From: an uncultured Nitrospinota bacterium | GTDB taxonomy: Bacteria; Tectomicrobia; Entotheonellia; J063; CAVPRW01 | Reading direction: 5' to 3' | NCBI GenBank assembly: GCA_963707985.1 | Contig: CAVPRW010000010.1 | Span: 128,001 to 192,000 of the forward strand | DNA length: 64,000 bases | Part shown: piece by piece, positions 21,002 to 31,213 of the stretch | Numbering within the stretch: the first letter of the stretch is position 1 | Layout: the number at the start of each line of letters is the position of its first letter | Program-made: the position numbers and the translations under genes | The notes under the pieces: generated by a model | What the model saw: the letters and a program-made list of their open reading frames with translations, nothing else | Database searches by the model: none | Told to the model about the DNA's origin: nothing

Positions 21002-21412
21002 ATGGAACCGCACTATTGGTTATATCTCGGCTTCGCCGGCCAGCTGCTCTTCGGATTACGCTTCATCGTGCAGTGGGTGGCATCGGAACGCAAAGGCGAA
21101 AGCATCATCCCCGTATACTTCTGGTATCTCAGTCTCATCGGCAGTCTGATCCTGCTTGCCTATGCCATCTTTCGGCGCGACCCAGTATTCATCTTGGGAC
21201 AATCCACCGGCTTTATCGTCTATACGCGTAACCTTATGCTGATCTACCGCAAACGTACCAAATCTCAGAACCTTTGCACCCTCATAGAGACGACGGCAAG
21301 GATGCGTTGTCACCGCTCCGAGGACGAGCGGCGAAGGGCTCCCCCATTTCCCGCTGAAGACGAACTGGCTCAGCGGCTTCCGTTGTCTGGGCATGCGCTC
21401 GCGTTCCCTTAG
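21002..21412 (+). CDS. Lipid-A-disaccharide synthase N-terminal (LAB_N) domain protein; 3' end uncertain
   Basis: GFAGQLLFGLRFIVQWVASERKGESIIP..FWYLS...DPVFILGQ...YTRNL. The recognisable domain ends near 21260. Confidence 0.85.
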   Translation: MEPHYWLYLGFAGQLLFGLRFIVQWVASERKGESIIPVYFWYLSLIGSLILLAYAIFRRDPVFILGQSTGFIVYTRNLMLIYRKRTKSQNLCTLIETTARMRCHRSEDERRRAPPFPAEDELAQRLPLSGHALAFP

Positions 21413-21922
21413 AGATTCCGGCAGGTTTGTCGGGTCTCCCCTATAGCCAATGGCAATGGCCGTCCACGCCTCGAAACCTTCAGGTATGGCAAATATCTCA
21501 CGTGCCTTATCAGGGAGAATGCCGAGCATCTGATGCACAAAAAGCCCCCGCGCCGTGGCCTCCACCAACAGATTACCGGCAGCAAGACCAAGGTCATGCA
21601 CAGCGGCACGATTGACTTGGCCGTTGCGCGCAAATGTCAGGCTCGCGATGCCTAAAGCTAGCACAGGTGCGGCCTTTGCCCAGGCTTGATTGAACTCGAT
21701 AAGGCAGGACAGGACTTGTTGAAACTCCTCAGGCTGCTCTTTCGTCGCCATCACGTAGGTCCATGGTTGCTCGTTGAATGAAGATGCCGCCCAGCGTGCC
21801 GCCTCAAACAACGAGCGGAGATCGTCCGCGGAAACCGACCGGTCTTGGAAGGCATAGGGACTCCAACGTGTGGCGAGGAGCTCATGGATCGGGTAGTCGG
21901 TTGATGCTCTCTTCTCAGACAT
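21056..21922 (-). CDS. Nitroreductase family protein; 3' end uncertain
   Basis: RWSPYAF, EAARWAASSFNEQPW, HDLGLAA and RQRKPL. The recognisable domain ends near 21320. Confidence 0.9.
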   Translation of the reverse strand: MSEKRASTDYPIHELLATRWSPYAFQDRSVSADDLRSLFEAARWAASSFNEQPWTYVMATKEQPEEFQQVLSCLIEFNQAWAKAAPVLALGIASLTFARNGQVNRAAVHDLGLAAGNLLVEATARGLFVHQMLGILPDKAREIFAIPEGFEAWTAIAIGYRGDPTNLPESLRERERMPRQRKPLSQFVFSGKWGSPSPLVLGAVTTHPCRRLYEGAKVLRFGTFAVDQHKVTRIDDKAGGLSQDEYWVAPKDGIGKQDQTADETEIPEVYGDDAFAFAFRCHPLHDEA

Positions 21923-22060
21923 GCCCCTTCCTCTCTGGGAGTGGAGTATAGTACAGTCAGCTACGCCTCGAACCCCGCACAGTCCGGACGGCGAACCATC
22001 AGATGGAGTGGCGCCGCACAGGGCGGGCTTGGAGCGGGTGAGATGCCGGCAAGTCGAATA

Positions 22061-23401
22061 TCATAAACGCAGGTCCTCTTTGATTCTTCGCGCTGCCTCA
22101 TCGGCCGCCTGCACAATGGAAGTTGGATCAATACCTAGCACTCTGCCGCCGGCTTTGAGGGGCTGTCCGTCGACGAAGACCCAGTCGACATTCGCTGGCT
22201 GGCCATTGAAGACGAGCTGATTGACCCAGTTAAGTCGCGGCGCAAAATTGGCCCTCCCCGGGTCGAGGATCAGCACATCGGCCTGCTTCCCCGGCGTCAG
22301 TGAGCCAATGTGCGACCCCATGTCCAGTACCTCAGCGCCACCTATCGTCGCCATACGAAGCACGTCGGACACTGTTGGGAAGACGCTCGCCTGCAGCGAC
22401 GTGGCCCGCTGCAATCCCACGGCCACCCGCATCGTATTAAACATATCGCTCGTGTCGTTGGTCCCCCCATCCAGCCCGAGCCCCACCTTCACTCCAGCCT
22501 GGTGCAGCGCCGGTAGCCGAATGATGCCCGAGGCCAGACGCATGTTGCTGAGCGGATTATGCGCCACACGCACGTCCTTCTGGCCCATCAGGGTAATTTC
22601 TTCATCGAGCAAGTGAATGGCATGAGCGCCCAGCAAGTCGGGCCCTATGGCATTTGTGAGCGCGAGTCCTTTGATGGCGTCATCCTGACGCTGCGCGATG
22701 TTCTCCAGCAGATGGACGTGGAGTTTGACTCCTAGCTCGTTGGCGAGGCTCGACATCGCCTGCAGATGCGGCAAAAATCGGTTTGAGGCCCCTGGATGCG
22801 AGGCGACCTGAAAGTAAGCGCGTGGATGGGGGTCGATAAGCTCCCTCTTAACCTGCCTGATGTCTTCAAGGACGGCGGGATCGGCGGTGCCGCGATAGGC
22901 AAAGACAAATCGTAACCCCGATTCCTGGAGGGCGCGAATGTTCCCCCGCACAAAGGCTGGGGAAAAGCCATGGGACCAATCGACGACCGTCGTTACCCCG
23001 GTCGTGATCAGATCCAACGTGCTCAGGCGAACACCCGCATAGACCTCCGTGTCCGACGGGGTGATCGTTGGATTCGCCAGGGGAAAAACACAGCTTTCCA
23101 GCCAGCCGATCAAGTCATGCTCGGCTTGACAACCCCGAATCAGCGACTGCCAAAGATGGTTGTGCACATCGACGAATCCCGGCATGACAATCTTGCCGGT
23201 CGCATCGACGATTTGCCCCCCCTCTTCGCCCAGGTGTGTGCCAACTGCGGCGATCTTATCGCCGACTAAGAGCAGGTCTGCCTCCTCAATGAGGCCTAAC
23301 TCGCCTGCCCCAATGGCACGATCCATGGAGAGGAGGAGCGCGGCATTCCGAATCAGCGTGCGCGGTTGGCCGATCTGGCCTATCGAAGTCCTGGAGCTCA
23401 T
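22061..23401 (-). CDS. Amidohydrolase (Atz/Trz, MTA/SAH-deaminase-like)
   Basis: PGFVDVHNH, HVHLLE, AHAIHL, HNPLSN, GLGLDG and GSLTPGKQAD. Confidence 0.92.
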   Translation of the reverse strand: MSSRTSIGQIGQPRTLIRNAALLLSMDRAIGAGELGLIEEADLLLVGDKIAAVGTHLGEEGGQIVDATGKIVMPGFVDVHNHLWQSLIRGCQAEHDLIGWLESCVFPLANPTITPSDTEVYAGVRLSTLDLITTGVTTVVDWSHGFSPAFVRGNIRALQESGLRFVFAYRGTADPAVLEDIRQVKRELIDPHPRAYFQVASHPGASNRFLPHLQAMSSLANELGVKLHVHLLENIAQRQDDAIKGLALTNAIGPDLLGAHAIHLLDEEITLMGQKDVRVAHNPLSNMRLASGIIRLPALHQAGVKVGLGLDGGTNDTSDMFNTMRVAVGLQRATSLQASVFPTVSDVLRMATIGGAEVLDMGSHIGSLTPGKQADVLILDPGRANFAPRLNWVNQLVFNGQPANVDWVFVDGQPLKAGGRVLGIDPTSIVQAADEAARRIKEDLRL

Positions 23402-23416
23402 AGAACCACCGCAGCG

Positions 23417-24223
23417 CTATACGCGGATCAATGTGCTCGACACTTGCCGCCCTTGACTGGTCACCAGGCGTAGCATGGGAGGATCGTCAGAGACGGTCAG
23501 ACCGTTCGGTGCCTCGACAAACTGGAAGCAGGTGGAAGGCGTGGTAAACACCGGGACACCGTCGCGTTGGCCAGCAAATGGCCGATGGACATGCCCGCAG
23601 AGCACGGCACACACATTGTCAACCTCGCGGACCACCTGCCACAGGTCTTCGGCATCGAGCAGCATGATCTGGTCTAGCACACGGACCCCCACTGGCACTA
23701 CCTGATGGTGCACGACGAGAATCGTTGGCTCTCCCGCATGCTGATGCAGCTGCTTGCGGAGCCAGGCCAACTGGGCGTGTCCAAGATACCCGCTATCCCG
23801 CTCGGGCTGCAACGAATCGAGTACACAGAGGCAATGTTGACCTGAGGTGAAGGCGTAATGATAAGGCCGATCGGTCGGCTGTGAATCTTCGCAGATCACT
23901 CGGCGGAAGGGTACCCGGCGATCATGATTGCCCATGACGTAATGCACCGGTACGTGCAGTTGGCTGACCAGACCGTGAAAGATATCATAGGAAGTCTCAT
24001 AATCTCGTACGGTGACGTCGCGCGTCTTGGCTTTGACTTCCGGCGCAACGTCCGGGCTCACCAGGTCGCCGCCGATGATCACGAAGGCTGGCTGTGGGTC
24101 CAAGCGGTTTACTGCTTCGACGACCCGCGTCAGCGTCTCAATCGTATCAACCTCACGCAGGCGCACGCCGGGTCGCACAATATGCGTATCGGAGAAGTGT
24201 ACAAAGGTCAAGCTGTCGGTCAT
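23417..24223 (-). CDS. Metallophosphoesterase (CpdA/GpdQ-like phosphodiesterase)
   Basis: SDTH, GGDL, GNHD, HH and CGHVH motifs. Confidence 0.9.
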   Translation of the reverse strand: MTDSLTFVHFSDTHIVRPGVRLREVDTIETLTRVVEAVNRLDPQPAFVIIGGDLVSPDVAPEVKAKTRDVTVRDYETSYDIFHGLVSQLHVPVHYVMGNHDRRVPFRRVICEDSQPTDRPYHYAFTSGQHCLCVLDSLQPERDSGYLGHAQLAWLRKQLHQHAGEPTILVVHHQVVPVGVRVLDQIMLLDAEDLWQVVREVDNVCAVLCGHVHRPFAGQRDGVPVFTTPSTCFQFVEAPNGLTVSDDPPMLRLVTSQGRQVSSTLIRV

Positions 24224-25323
24224 AGCGTTCTTCCCTTGCAGAGCACTCGCTCGATCCAGCCTCCTCCCACCACCCGATCATCGCGATACACGACCGCCGC
24301 TTGCCCTGGGGTGATTGCCCACTGCGGGGTGTCGAACGTCACACGCGCCACACCTCCATCGAGTGGGGTGACGCTGGCCACGCCACCGGCATGCTGATGG
24401 CGAATCTGCACCGTGGCGGTGAACGACTCCCCCATCGGCGGCAATAGGCACCAATTCATCCGCTCCACTAGGCAAGCGCGCTGCTCAACCTCTGCCTTTT
24501 CCCCAATGACGAGTCGATTGTTCTCGGCATCAACCTCAGCGACATACAACGGCTTCCCCGCAGCCAGCCCCAGGCCTTTGCGCTGTCCCACGGTGTAGAA
24601 GGGCAGCCCCTGGTGGCGTCCTAGCGCATGGCCAGATCGATCCACGATGGGCCCCTCAGCAAAGGTGCCAGCAGGCGCCTGCTCTCGGATGAAGCGGTGG
24701 TAGTCATGATCCTGAATGAAACAGATCTCCTGGCTTTCAGCCTTCTGGGCTACCGCCAGGCCAAAGCGCTGGGCCTGCCGACGTACATCATCCTTATGGA
24801 ATGTACCCAGCGGTAGCAGCATGCGGGCAAGCTGCTCCTGGCGCAGCTCAAAGAGAAAATACGACTGGTCCTTGCGACGGTCGATGCCACGCTGGATGGC
24901 ATAGCGCTGCGACGCTTCATCATAGATTACCGAGGCGTAGTGACCCGTCGCGACAAAGTCGGCTTCCAGTCCAAGCGCCTTTTCCAGCAGGAGATCGAAC
25001 TTCAGCCAGGTATTGCAGGCGACACAGGGATTGGGGGTTCGCCCCTTCAGGTAATCGCCGACGAAGTAGTCGATTACCCGATGGCGAAACTCCTGCTCAA
25101 AATTAAACACGTAAAAAGGGATTCCCAACGTGGCGGCGACCCGTCGGGCATCGCCCGCGTCTTGCTGCGAGCAACAGGTGCCGAATGTACGCCCGTCGGT
25201 AGGCGCGTAATTCCATACCTGCATGAAGACGCCGATCACCTCGTAGCCCTGCTCAGTGAGCAACGCTGCCGCCGTCGAACTATCCACCCCGCCACTCATG
25301 GCGAGCACCACGCGTGCGGTCAT
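24220..25323 (-). CDS. mnmA: tRNA 2-thiouridine(34) synthase MnmA
   Basis: [45 protein letters not shown] and TPGQAAV. Confidence 0.97.
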   Translation of the reverse strand: MTARVVLAMSGGVDSSTAAALLTEQGYEVIGVFMQVWNYAPTDGRTFGTCCSQQDAGDARRVAATLGIPFYVFNFEQEFRHRVIDYFVGDYLKGRTPNPCVACNTWLKFDLLLEKALGLEADFVATGHYASVIYDEASQRYAIQRGIDRRKDQSYFLFELRQEQLARMLLPLGTFHKDDVRRQAQRFGLAVAQKAESQEICFIQDHDYHRFIREQAPAGTFAEGPIVDRSGHALGRHQGLPFYTVGQRKGLGLAAGKPLYVAEVDAENNRLVIGEKAEVEQRACLVERMNWCLLPPMGESFTATVQIRHQHAGGVASVTPLDGGVARVTFDTPQWAITPGQAAVVYRDDRVVGGGWIERVLCKGRTL

Positions 25324-25892
25324 ACACCACCCTCTTGGGTCTCCACCCGATAAAAGCTCAGGGCGACATCGCCGAAGCGTGCCACTCGGACACGGCATAG
25401 TCGTCCATAGCGCTCCATGAGCTGGCGCTTAAAAAAATGCTCGCCGATGACTTGCCCCCCTGCGCTCAGCAGTTGACCATCGCCGAGCTGTTGCAACGTG
25501 TCTTCCACCAGTGCAGCTCGATAAGGCGGATCGAGGAAGATCAGGTCAAACGTCTGCCCTTGCTTCTTCAGGGTGGGCAGCACGTTCAGTACGTCGTCAT
25601 ACCACACTGCTGCCTGCTCGTACAGGCCACACAGCCGAAGATTTTTCTCAATCAGACGACAGGCCGGCGCGTGTACTTCCACAAACATGGCCAGACGCGC
25701 CCCGCGACTTAGAGCCTCCAGTCCGACTGCCCCACTGCCGGCGAAGAGGTCCAGGATTGCGGCACCCTCGGTCTGCACGCCAAGGATATTGAACAACGCC
25801 TCACGTACCCGGTCCGCTGTGGGACGTAAGGCTAGCGTGTGGCTAGTGGCCAGCCGCCGGCCTTTGGCTGAGCCCGCGATGACGCGCAGCAT
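25320..25892 (-). CDS. rsmD: 16S rRNA m2G966 methyltransferase RsmD
   Basis: [37 protein letters not shown] and DPPY. Confidence 0.95.
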   Translation of the reverse strand: MLRVIAGSAKGRRLATSHTLALRPTADRVREALFNILGVQTEGAAILDLFAGSGAVGLEALSRGARLAMFVEVHAPACRLIEKNLRLCGLYEQAAVWYDDVLNVLPTLKKQGQTFDLIFLDPPYRAALVEDTLQQLGDGQLLSAGGQVIGEHFFKRQLMERYGRLCRVRVARFGDVALSFYRVETQEGGV

Positions 25893-26831
25893 CTACGGCG
25901 TCTCCGGCAGGTCCGCGAAGTTCACCAACCCTTTAAAGGCCCGGAAGCGATCCCGGATTTCGGGATACGTCAGGGCCTGTAACCGCTCCAGGCTGAACGA
26001 TTCGACGTTGAAGGAGGCCATCGTGCTGCCCATGACGATCGCCTGTCGCATGGCCTCCTCAGACACATCATCCACGTTCGCTAGATAACCCATAAAGCCA
26101 CCCGCAAACGAATCGCCCGCGCCAGTGGGATCATACACCGTCTCTAACGGATAGGCCGGGGCAAAGAACATGCTCGACCCATTGAACATCAGCGCCCCAT
26201 ACTCGCCACGTTTGATGATGAGCGCTTTCGGCCCCATGCGCAAGATTGCACCGGCGGCTTTCACGATATTGGGCTCCTGGGCCAACTGACGTGCCTCGCT
26301 CTCGTTGATTGTGAGCAGATCGACACGCTCTAGCACGGCCCTGAGCGCGTCCAGCTTACCCTGGATCCAGAAATTCATGGTGTCACAGGCGACAAACTTT
26401 GGGCGCTCAACCTGGTTGAGGACGTCGAGTTGCAACTCCGGATCGATGTTGGCGAGGAAGACATACGGGCTGTCCTGATATGCTGCCGGTAGTTTAGGTC
26501 GAAACTGTTCGAAGACATTGAGCTGTGTGTCGAGGGTGATCGCCTCATTCAGGTCATAGGTGTACTCGCCAGCCCATCGAAATGTCCGACCCGGCACACG
26601 TTCGAGTCCGTCGATGTTGATTTCCCGGGCGCGGAAGAGCGCCAACGCCTCGGACGGAAAGTCCTCGCCGATGACCCCCACCAATGACACATCTGTAAAG
26701 AAGCTTGCGGCCGTGGAGAAATAACTGGCAGACCCACCCAAGACATTCTCAACTGCCCCGAAGGGCGTTTTGACCGAATCAAGCGCCACCGAGCCTACGA
26801 CAAGAACTCCCACCTGTCCCCCCTCATACAC
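25893..26831 (-). CDS. PfkB-family carbohydrate/nucleoside kinase
   Basis: GSVALD, LGGSA, N.SEA and signature DPTGAGDSFAGG. Confidence 0.93.
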   Translation of the reverse strand: MYEGGQVGVLVVGSVALDSVKTPFGAVENVLGGSASYFSTAASFFTDVSLVGVIGEDFPSEALALFRAREINIDGLERVPGRTFRWAGEYTYDLNEAITLDTQLNVFEQFRPKLPAAYQDSPYVFLANIDPELQLDVLNQVERPKFVACDTMNFWIQGKLDALRAVLERVDLLTINESEARQLAQEPNIVKAAGAILRMGPKALIIKRGEYGALMFNGSSMFFAPAYPLETVYDPTGAGDSFAGGFMGYLANVDDVSEEAMRQAIVMGSTMASFNVESFSLERLQALTYPEIRDRFRAFKGLVNFADLPETP

Positions 26832-26938
26832 CCCAGTGTCATGTTGCGCGCCGCGGGCGCTTGGCTTGTCCCTGCCTGCATGTCACAGAAGTCGTGTGGT
26901 ACTTCACACTGCAGCGAACCCTCCACCCTGGTTCCTCA

Positions 26939-26967
26939 AGTATAGAAGTAGGCTGCTAAGCCGTCAA
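26939..26967 (-). promoter_or_regulatory. Sigma-70 promoter for the pfkB-rsmD-mnmA-phosphoesterase-amidohydrolase operon
   Basis: Minus strand TTGACG-N17-TATACT. Confidence 0.7.
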
Positions 26968-27388
26968 GCCACTTGGAAATACGCTCCGAGATTCCAACCT
27001 CAGCCAAAGCCTTGCTCTGCAGGCCACTCTCCGCAATAGCTGAGCCACAGATGGCAGAGGGAGGTGGCCCGCCGCGACGAGAGGCGCGTGGCGCGGCGCC
27101 TGTACCGCTAGCAGGTCTTCGAAGGAAGCGAAAAGGTTCTGTTGCAAGAATGACTGGTGTCTGCTACAAAGAGCTAGACGACGTGGACCACAACTCATCG
27201 CAAAGGTCAGATCAGGGGGATGGCCAAGAGGGTGTCCTCGCACAGAATCGTGTCATCAACCAGTTGTTCGGGTTGGTAGCATCGCGAGAGCTCGCCAGCC
27301 TCTCCTCACCCTCCAAGCAGTTTTTGCAACACAACCGCTAGGCGTGATAGAACCTCAGAAGTTCAAGCTTGAAAAGGAGGAACAGACG

Positions 27389-29056
27389 ATGAGCGAATCC
27401 CCCCTTCGCGATGGCCGCCAACATATCGTTCACGCAGGAGAGACCTTATCGGGTATTGCCCGACAGCATGGCGTGACCCTCAGCGCGCTGCTCACCGCCA
27501 ACCCAGCGATCCACGACCCCGACCGCATTGCCATCGGGCAAATCATCGCCATTCCAGCCCAGTCCACACCCGCCGCGCCTCCCCCTTCAGGGGAAGAAAC
27601 GGGCAGTGAGGGGCTCATCCCTGATGCTGACCCGAACCGAATCCTGGTGCAATTTCAACCCGCTGGCGCTTCTGATGCAACCGCCTCACAGGACGGATTG
27701 GTGGTACGTAACATCCACGGGGTCCAAGCCTCTGAAACGATGGCGGAGACCGATCGCAGGCGGGTCATGACGCACAAGGCCAAGTTTGAAACAGCTGCCA
27801 GGCACCTTGGCTTGCCTCCGGCGTTGCTCGCCGCCATTGCGAGCCGGGAGAGTCGCGGCGGCTCTCCCGCGGTTTTGGACGCGCAGGGCCTGGGCGACCA
27901 CGGGCACGGCTTCGGGTTGATGCAGGTGGATGACCGCAACTCGTTCGCCGTCGTGCGGGAGGGGGGTCCGTTCGGACAGCCGCACATCGATCAAGCCACC
28001 GGTATCCTCCGGGATAAACTCAATGAGGTCAAGCGTAGGTTTCCTGATCTATCCGAGGTTGAGTACCTGCAAGCTGCGGTGTCCCGCTATAATGGCGGCG
28101 GACGTCTGCCACCCCCCGACTCAGACGTCGGTACGACCGGCGGCGATTATATGAACGACGTGTGGGCACGGGCGCAGTACTATGCCCGTGTGGAACGATG
28201 GGGTGACGGCATCCCTTCGCCGGCGGCGGAGCCGCTTGCAGAGTCGCCATCGCCTCCTGAGCGGCAGCCCGACACCTTTGTTCCTGCGCCCTCCCTTGAG
28301 GATGTACGGGACGGCAGAGCCGCCTTGGCACTGGGACAGAAGGGAGACGCCGTGCACCACGTTCAGCTGTTGCTCGGCATCTCGGTCGATGGCAAGTTCG
28401 GGTCGAAAACAAAAGAGGCGGTCGTCGCGTTTCAGCACGCCCATGCGATAGACGTCCTTCTAGAGGGCGAGGGGAACATCGGCAAAGCGACGCTCGCCGC
28501 CCTCGAAGAGGCCGGCAAGACGACCTCAGCTGCCGTCTCCAGCATTGACCCACGCAACAAAACTCCACAGGTTCACCCGGAGTTGCGGAGGCGCCTCGGC
28601 ATGCTGGCGGAAGCCTTAGCCGGCCGTGGCATGCAGGCGATGATCACGGACGGACTGCGCACGTTTGCGGAACAAGACGCGATTTTCGCGCAAGGGAGAA
28701 CGAAGCCCGGCAACATTGTGACGAATGCCCGTGGTGGAGAGAGCAACCACAACTACGGGCTGGCGGTTGACCTGTACCCGGTGATCGAGGGTCGGGTGTT
28801 TACCGACATTCCACAGGATGCTTCAAGAGAGTTTAGGCGACGCTTTGAGGCAGTCCAACAGGCGATCATTGAGGGCGCCGAAGGTTTGGGGCTCACCTCG
28901 GGCATCCATTTTAGCCGCGTTGATCCTCCACATGTACAGCTCATGGCGGAAGATGTCTTGAGGCCACGTCAATGCCTCGAGATTTTCCGTACCCACAATA
29001 ACAATTTGGACGCCGTGTGGGAGGAAGTAAACAGGCGTCTTCAGGGAACGGGGTAA
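27389..29056 (+). CDS. Multidomain peptidoglycan hydrolase: LysM + goose-type lysozyme + PG-binding + M15 peptidase
   Basis: AGGAGG RBS. LysM (HIVHAGETLSGIA...NP.I.DPDRI..GQ), lysozyme g motifs (AIASRES, GFGLMQVD, DVGTTGGDYMNDVWARAQYY), PG-binding (DGKFGSKT..AV..FQ) and M15 (RTFAEQ, SNHNYGLAVD, DPPHVQ). Confidence 0.88.
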   Translation: MSESPLRDGRQHIVHAGETLSGIARQHGVTLSALLTANPAIHDPDRIAIGQIIAIPAQSTPAAPPPSGEETGSEGLIPDADPNRILVQFQPAGASDATASQDGLVVRNIHGVQASETMAETDRRRVMTHKAKFETAARHLGLPPALLAAIASRESRGGSPAVLDAQGLGDHGHGFGLMQVDDRNSFAVVREGGPFGQPHIDQATGILRDKLNEVKRRFPDLSEVEYLQAAVSRYNGGGRLPPPDSDVGTTGGDYMNDVWARAQYYARVERWGDGIPSPAAEPLAESPSPPERQPDTFVPAPSLEDVRDGRAALALGQKGDAVHHVQLLLGISVDGKFGSKTKEAVVAFQHAHAIDVLLEGEGNIGKATLAALEEAGKTTSAAVSSIDPRNKTPQVHPELRRRLGMLAEALAGRGMQAMITDGLRTFAEQDAIFAQGRTKPGNIVTNARGGESNHNYGLAVDLYPVIEGRVFTDIPQDASREFRRRFEAVQQAIIEGAEGLGLTSGIHFSRVDPPHVQLMAEDVLRPRQCLEIFRTHNNNLDAVWEEVNRRLQGTG

Positions 29057-29277
29057 CGCATCATTCGGAGGTGAGCCCGCTTGTGTGGTTCCACTAGAAG
29101 GGGCATCCGGGCGCAAGATTTGCCCCCCTGACAGCCAGATGCCCCAACACATATAGCTGATGCCATAGCACCCTCACTGCCTTGATTTGAGATGTACAAG
29201 CTCTCTCGGGTAGTCTATGTCCTAATACAGGCAGCCACCAGCAGGCTGTCATCTCATTTCTCCAAAAACGGTGGAGG

Positions 29278-30357
29278 ATGTTCATCAAGGGTTTCATGTT
29301 TCTTCCTAGGCCAAAATTGGGCGTTGTCCTTGTGCTCTCGGCCCTGACGCTGACGACCTGCCTGGGGGCGCACAACAGCTCAGCACAAAGTCATCAACGC
29401 ACCGTCACAGAGAAGCTGCGGGAGATCAGAGCACAATATGGGGCGATCAAGCATGCGCTACCCACGTACCACACGATCGAGCGGGAACTGACAGGCTTCT
29501 CCACCGAGGGAGGCACGCTCAAGGCTTATATTGACCGAGACCAAATCAAAGCCATTGTGGCGGTATTCTATGGAGAAACAGGACGTTCCGATGCAGAGTA
29601 TTACTATGACGGTGCTGGTGAGCTATTCTTCGTGTTCCAAAAGGAAAGCCGTTACGACCAGCCATTTGGGAAGATCATACATGCGCGTGAAGAGCGTTTC
29701 TATTTTGACCGTGGTCAACTGATCCGATGGCTTCGTGATGCGACTACACAGGTCTCGCCGAAGCGCCCTGAGTATCAGGCACGACAGAAGAGCATCTTAG
29801 AAGTCTCAGGACGGCTGGTCGAAACGGTGCGCTCGGGAGACGACCGATCAGCACAGGCTTCTGCGCCAGGGCAGCCACTGGTTGCTGAACCTTTGCGCAC
29901 AGTTGTAGACCAAATAAAGCATCAAACGGGCGTGCCTATCCTACTGCCCAGTGTATTCCCCTCTACGGTACAGCAGCAGCGTATCTATGTCAGCGGTGCA
30001 GCGACCGTAGATGGCTACCAGATTTCGCTGACCTCCCGCCCGCAGTGTGGGGCCAACAGTTGCTTCATTGGGTCTTTCGAGGCCCGGCGTGGGGGCGAGA
30101 TGACGCAAGCCGACGAATCCGCCAATCCCGCCCAAGATCACGACAAATTCATCCATTTAGTGAACGGCATAGAAGCGTATTATAAACCACTGACGTGCGG
30201 CGGATCATGTTCGCCGCCGGTCATCGAATGGGTGAGCGATGGCGTACTTTACCGTACTCAGTTTGACGTGCAATGGCGAAGCAGGTTAATGGCGACCGAG
30301 GTTGAGCAACACATGGTTGCCATGGCCAACTCAGCGATCAAGGGGGGGGCACGTTGA
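29278..30357 (+). CDS. Exported hypothetical protein, apparently two domains
   Basis: GGAGG RBS and signal peptide. Domain 1 has STEGG...YGETG...YYY; domain 2 has Cys pairs CGANSC and CGGSC. Confidence 0.7.
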   Translation: MFIKGFMFLPRPKLGVVLVLSALTLTTCLGAHNSSAQSHQRTVTEKLREIRAQYGAIKHALPTYHTIERELTGFSTEGGTLKAYIDRDQIKAIVAVFYGETGRSDAEYYYDGAGELFFVFQKESRYDQPFGKIIHAREERFYFDRGQLIRWLRDATTQVSPKRPEYQARQKSILEVSGRLVETVRSGDDRSAQASAPGQPLVAEPLRTVVDQIKHQTGVPILLPSVFPSTVQQQRIYVSGAATVDGYQISLTSRPQCGANSCFIGSFEARRGGEMTQADESANPAQDHDKFIHLVNGIEAYYKPLTCGGSCSPPVIEWVSDGVLYRTQFDVQWRSRLMATEVEQHMVAMANSAIKGGAR

Positions 30358-30608
30358 ATTGAGAGTCATATGGCATACATATCGTTGTAGAGCCCGTATG
30401 GTCAAACGCCACAAGGACGTCCCTATGCGTACGTGATGAACTCTTTCCGCGTGGTGGTGATCTTGTGTTCCGGAGCTGGGGGAATGCCATGACGCTTGAG
30501 GATGGTACCGACCGTCTGGACACTGACCGTGTATCCCCGGTTGGCCAATACCCCGACGATCCGTCATAGCCCCAGGTGCGATTCTCCTGCTCCTCTCCCC
30601 AACTGGTA

Positions 30609-30637
30609 TTGACAACCACAGGGGTATCAGCGATAAT
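30609..30637 (+). promoter_or_regulatory. Candidate sigma-70 promoter upstream of the first CxxU gene
   Basis: TTGACA-N17-GATAAT, ~90 bp upstream of ATG 30727. Confidence 0.4.
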
Positions 30638-30726
30638 CACGAGCCATCAACTGTATTAAGGCATGGCTACTTGGAAAAATGTTCAGGCGCGTGGCTAAAA
30701 CTCGCAGGACACCGGGGATGTCTAGC

Positions 30727-31008
30727 ATGGCTGACGTCTTTCTCACCTGTCTTACCTGAGGCTGGGAACCCCTTTGCAACAGTTGTTGCAATGACAAGTG
30801 TGAACAGCCGATTCATGCGATCGATGTGGATGAGCTTATTACGCCCGAGGAGCGAAAACGGTTTGCCTTTGCACTGGCCAACTTGCATGGGGTCCAGCAT
30901 CTGCATATCGCCTCCGCTCCACGCGGGGAGGCTGTTGATGTGCACCAGCTCCACATGGACGACTGCCAGGTTGTCTACGAGTGCCCACAATATAAGCCCC
31001 GTTCATAA
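30727..31008 (+). CDS. Putative 93-aa Cys-rich selenoprotein (CxxU), paralog 1
   Basis: MADVFLTCLT-TGA(30757-30759)-GWEPLCNSCCNDKCEQP...DDCQVVYECPQYKPRS*. The TGA is conserved in paralog 2 and followed by a SECIS-like hairpin. Confidence 0.8.
30774..30791 (+). promoter_or_regulatory. Putative bacterial SECIS hairpin (copy 1)
   Basis: TTGCAAC-AGTT-GTTGCAA; 21 nt separate the TGA from the loop; identical in both paralogs. Confidence 0.7.
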
Positions 31009-31213
31009 CCCCTATTGCTCATCACCATGATTGCATCGTGCACCACCTTTCAGCGGCCATGAGTGTTGACATTTGAGTCGAGGCCGGCGCTCTTTTACGA
31101 GCTCAGACTGGAAGGACGGGCATAGAGGACAATCACAGCATGGTTGTTTCGCCTGAAGTCTTAGCGGGCGAGACATCTCGTCGGCGGATGACAGACATTG
31201 AGGAGGTGAGAAC

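Noticed and set aside
30757..30759. Genome-wide TGA reassignment (Trp/Gly code)
   Set aside because: TGA ends many genes in this window, including TGATG and ATGA overlaps.
30826..31008. 60-aa ORF as the whole gene
   Set aside because: Similarity to the paralog extends 33 codons upstream through the TGA, and the paralog has GTC rather than GTG at this position.
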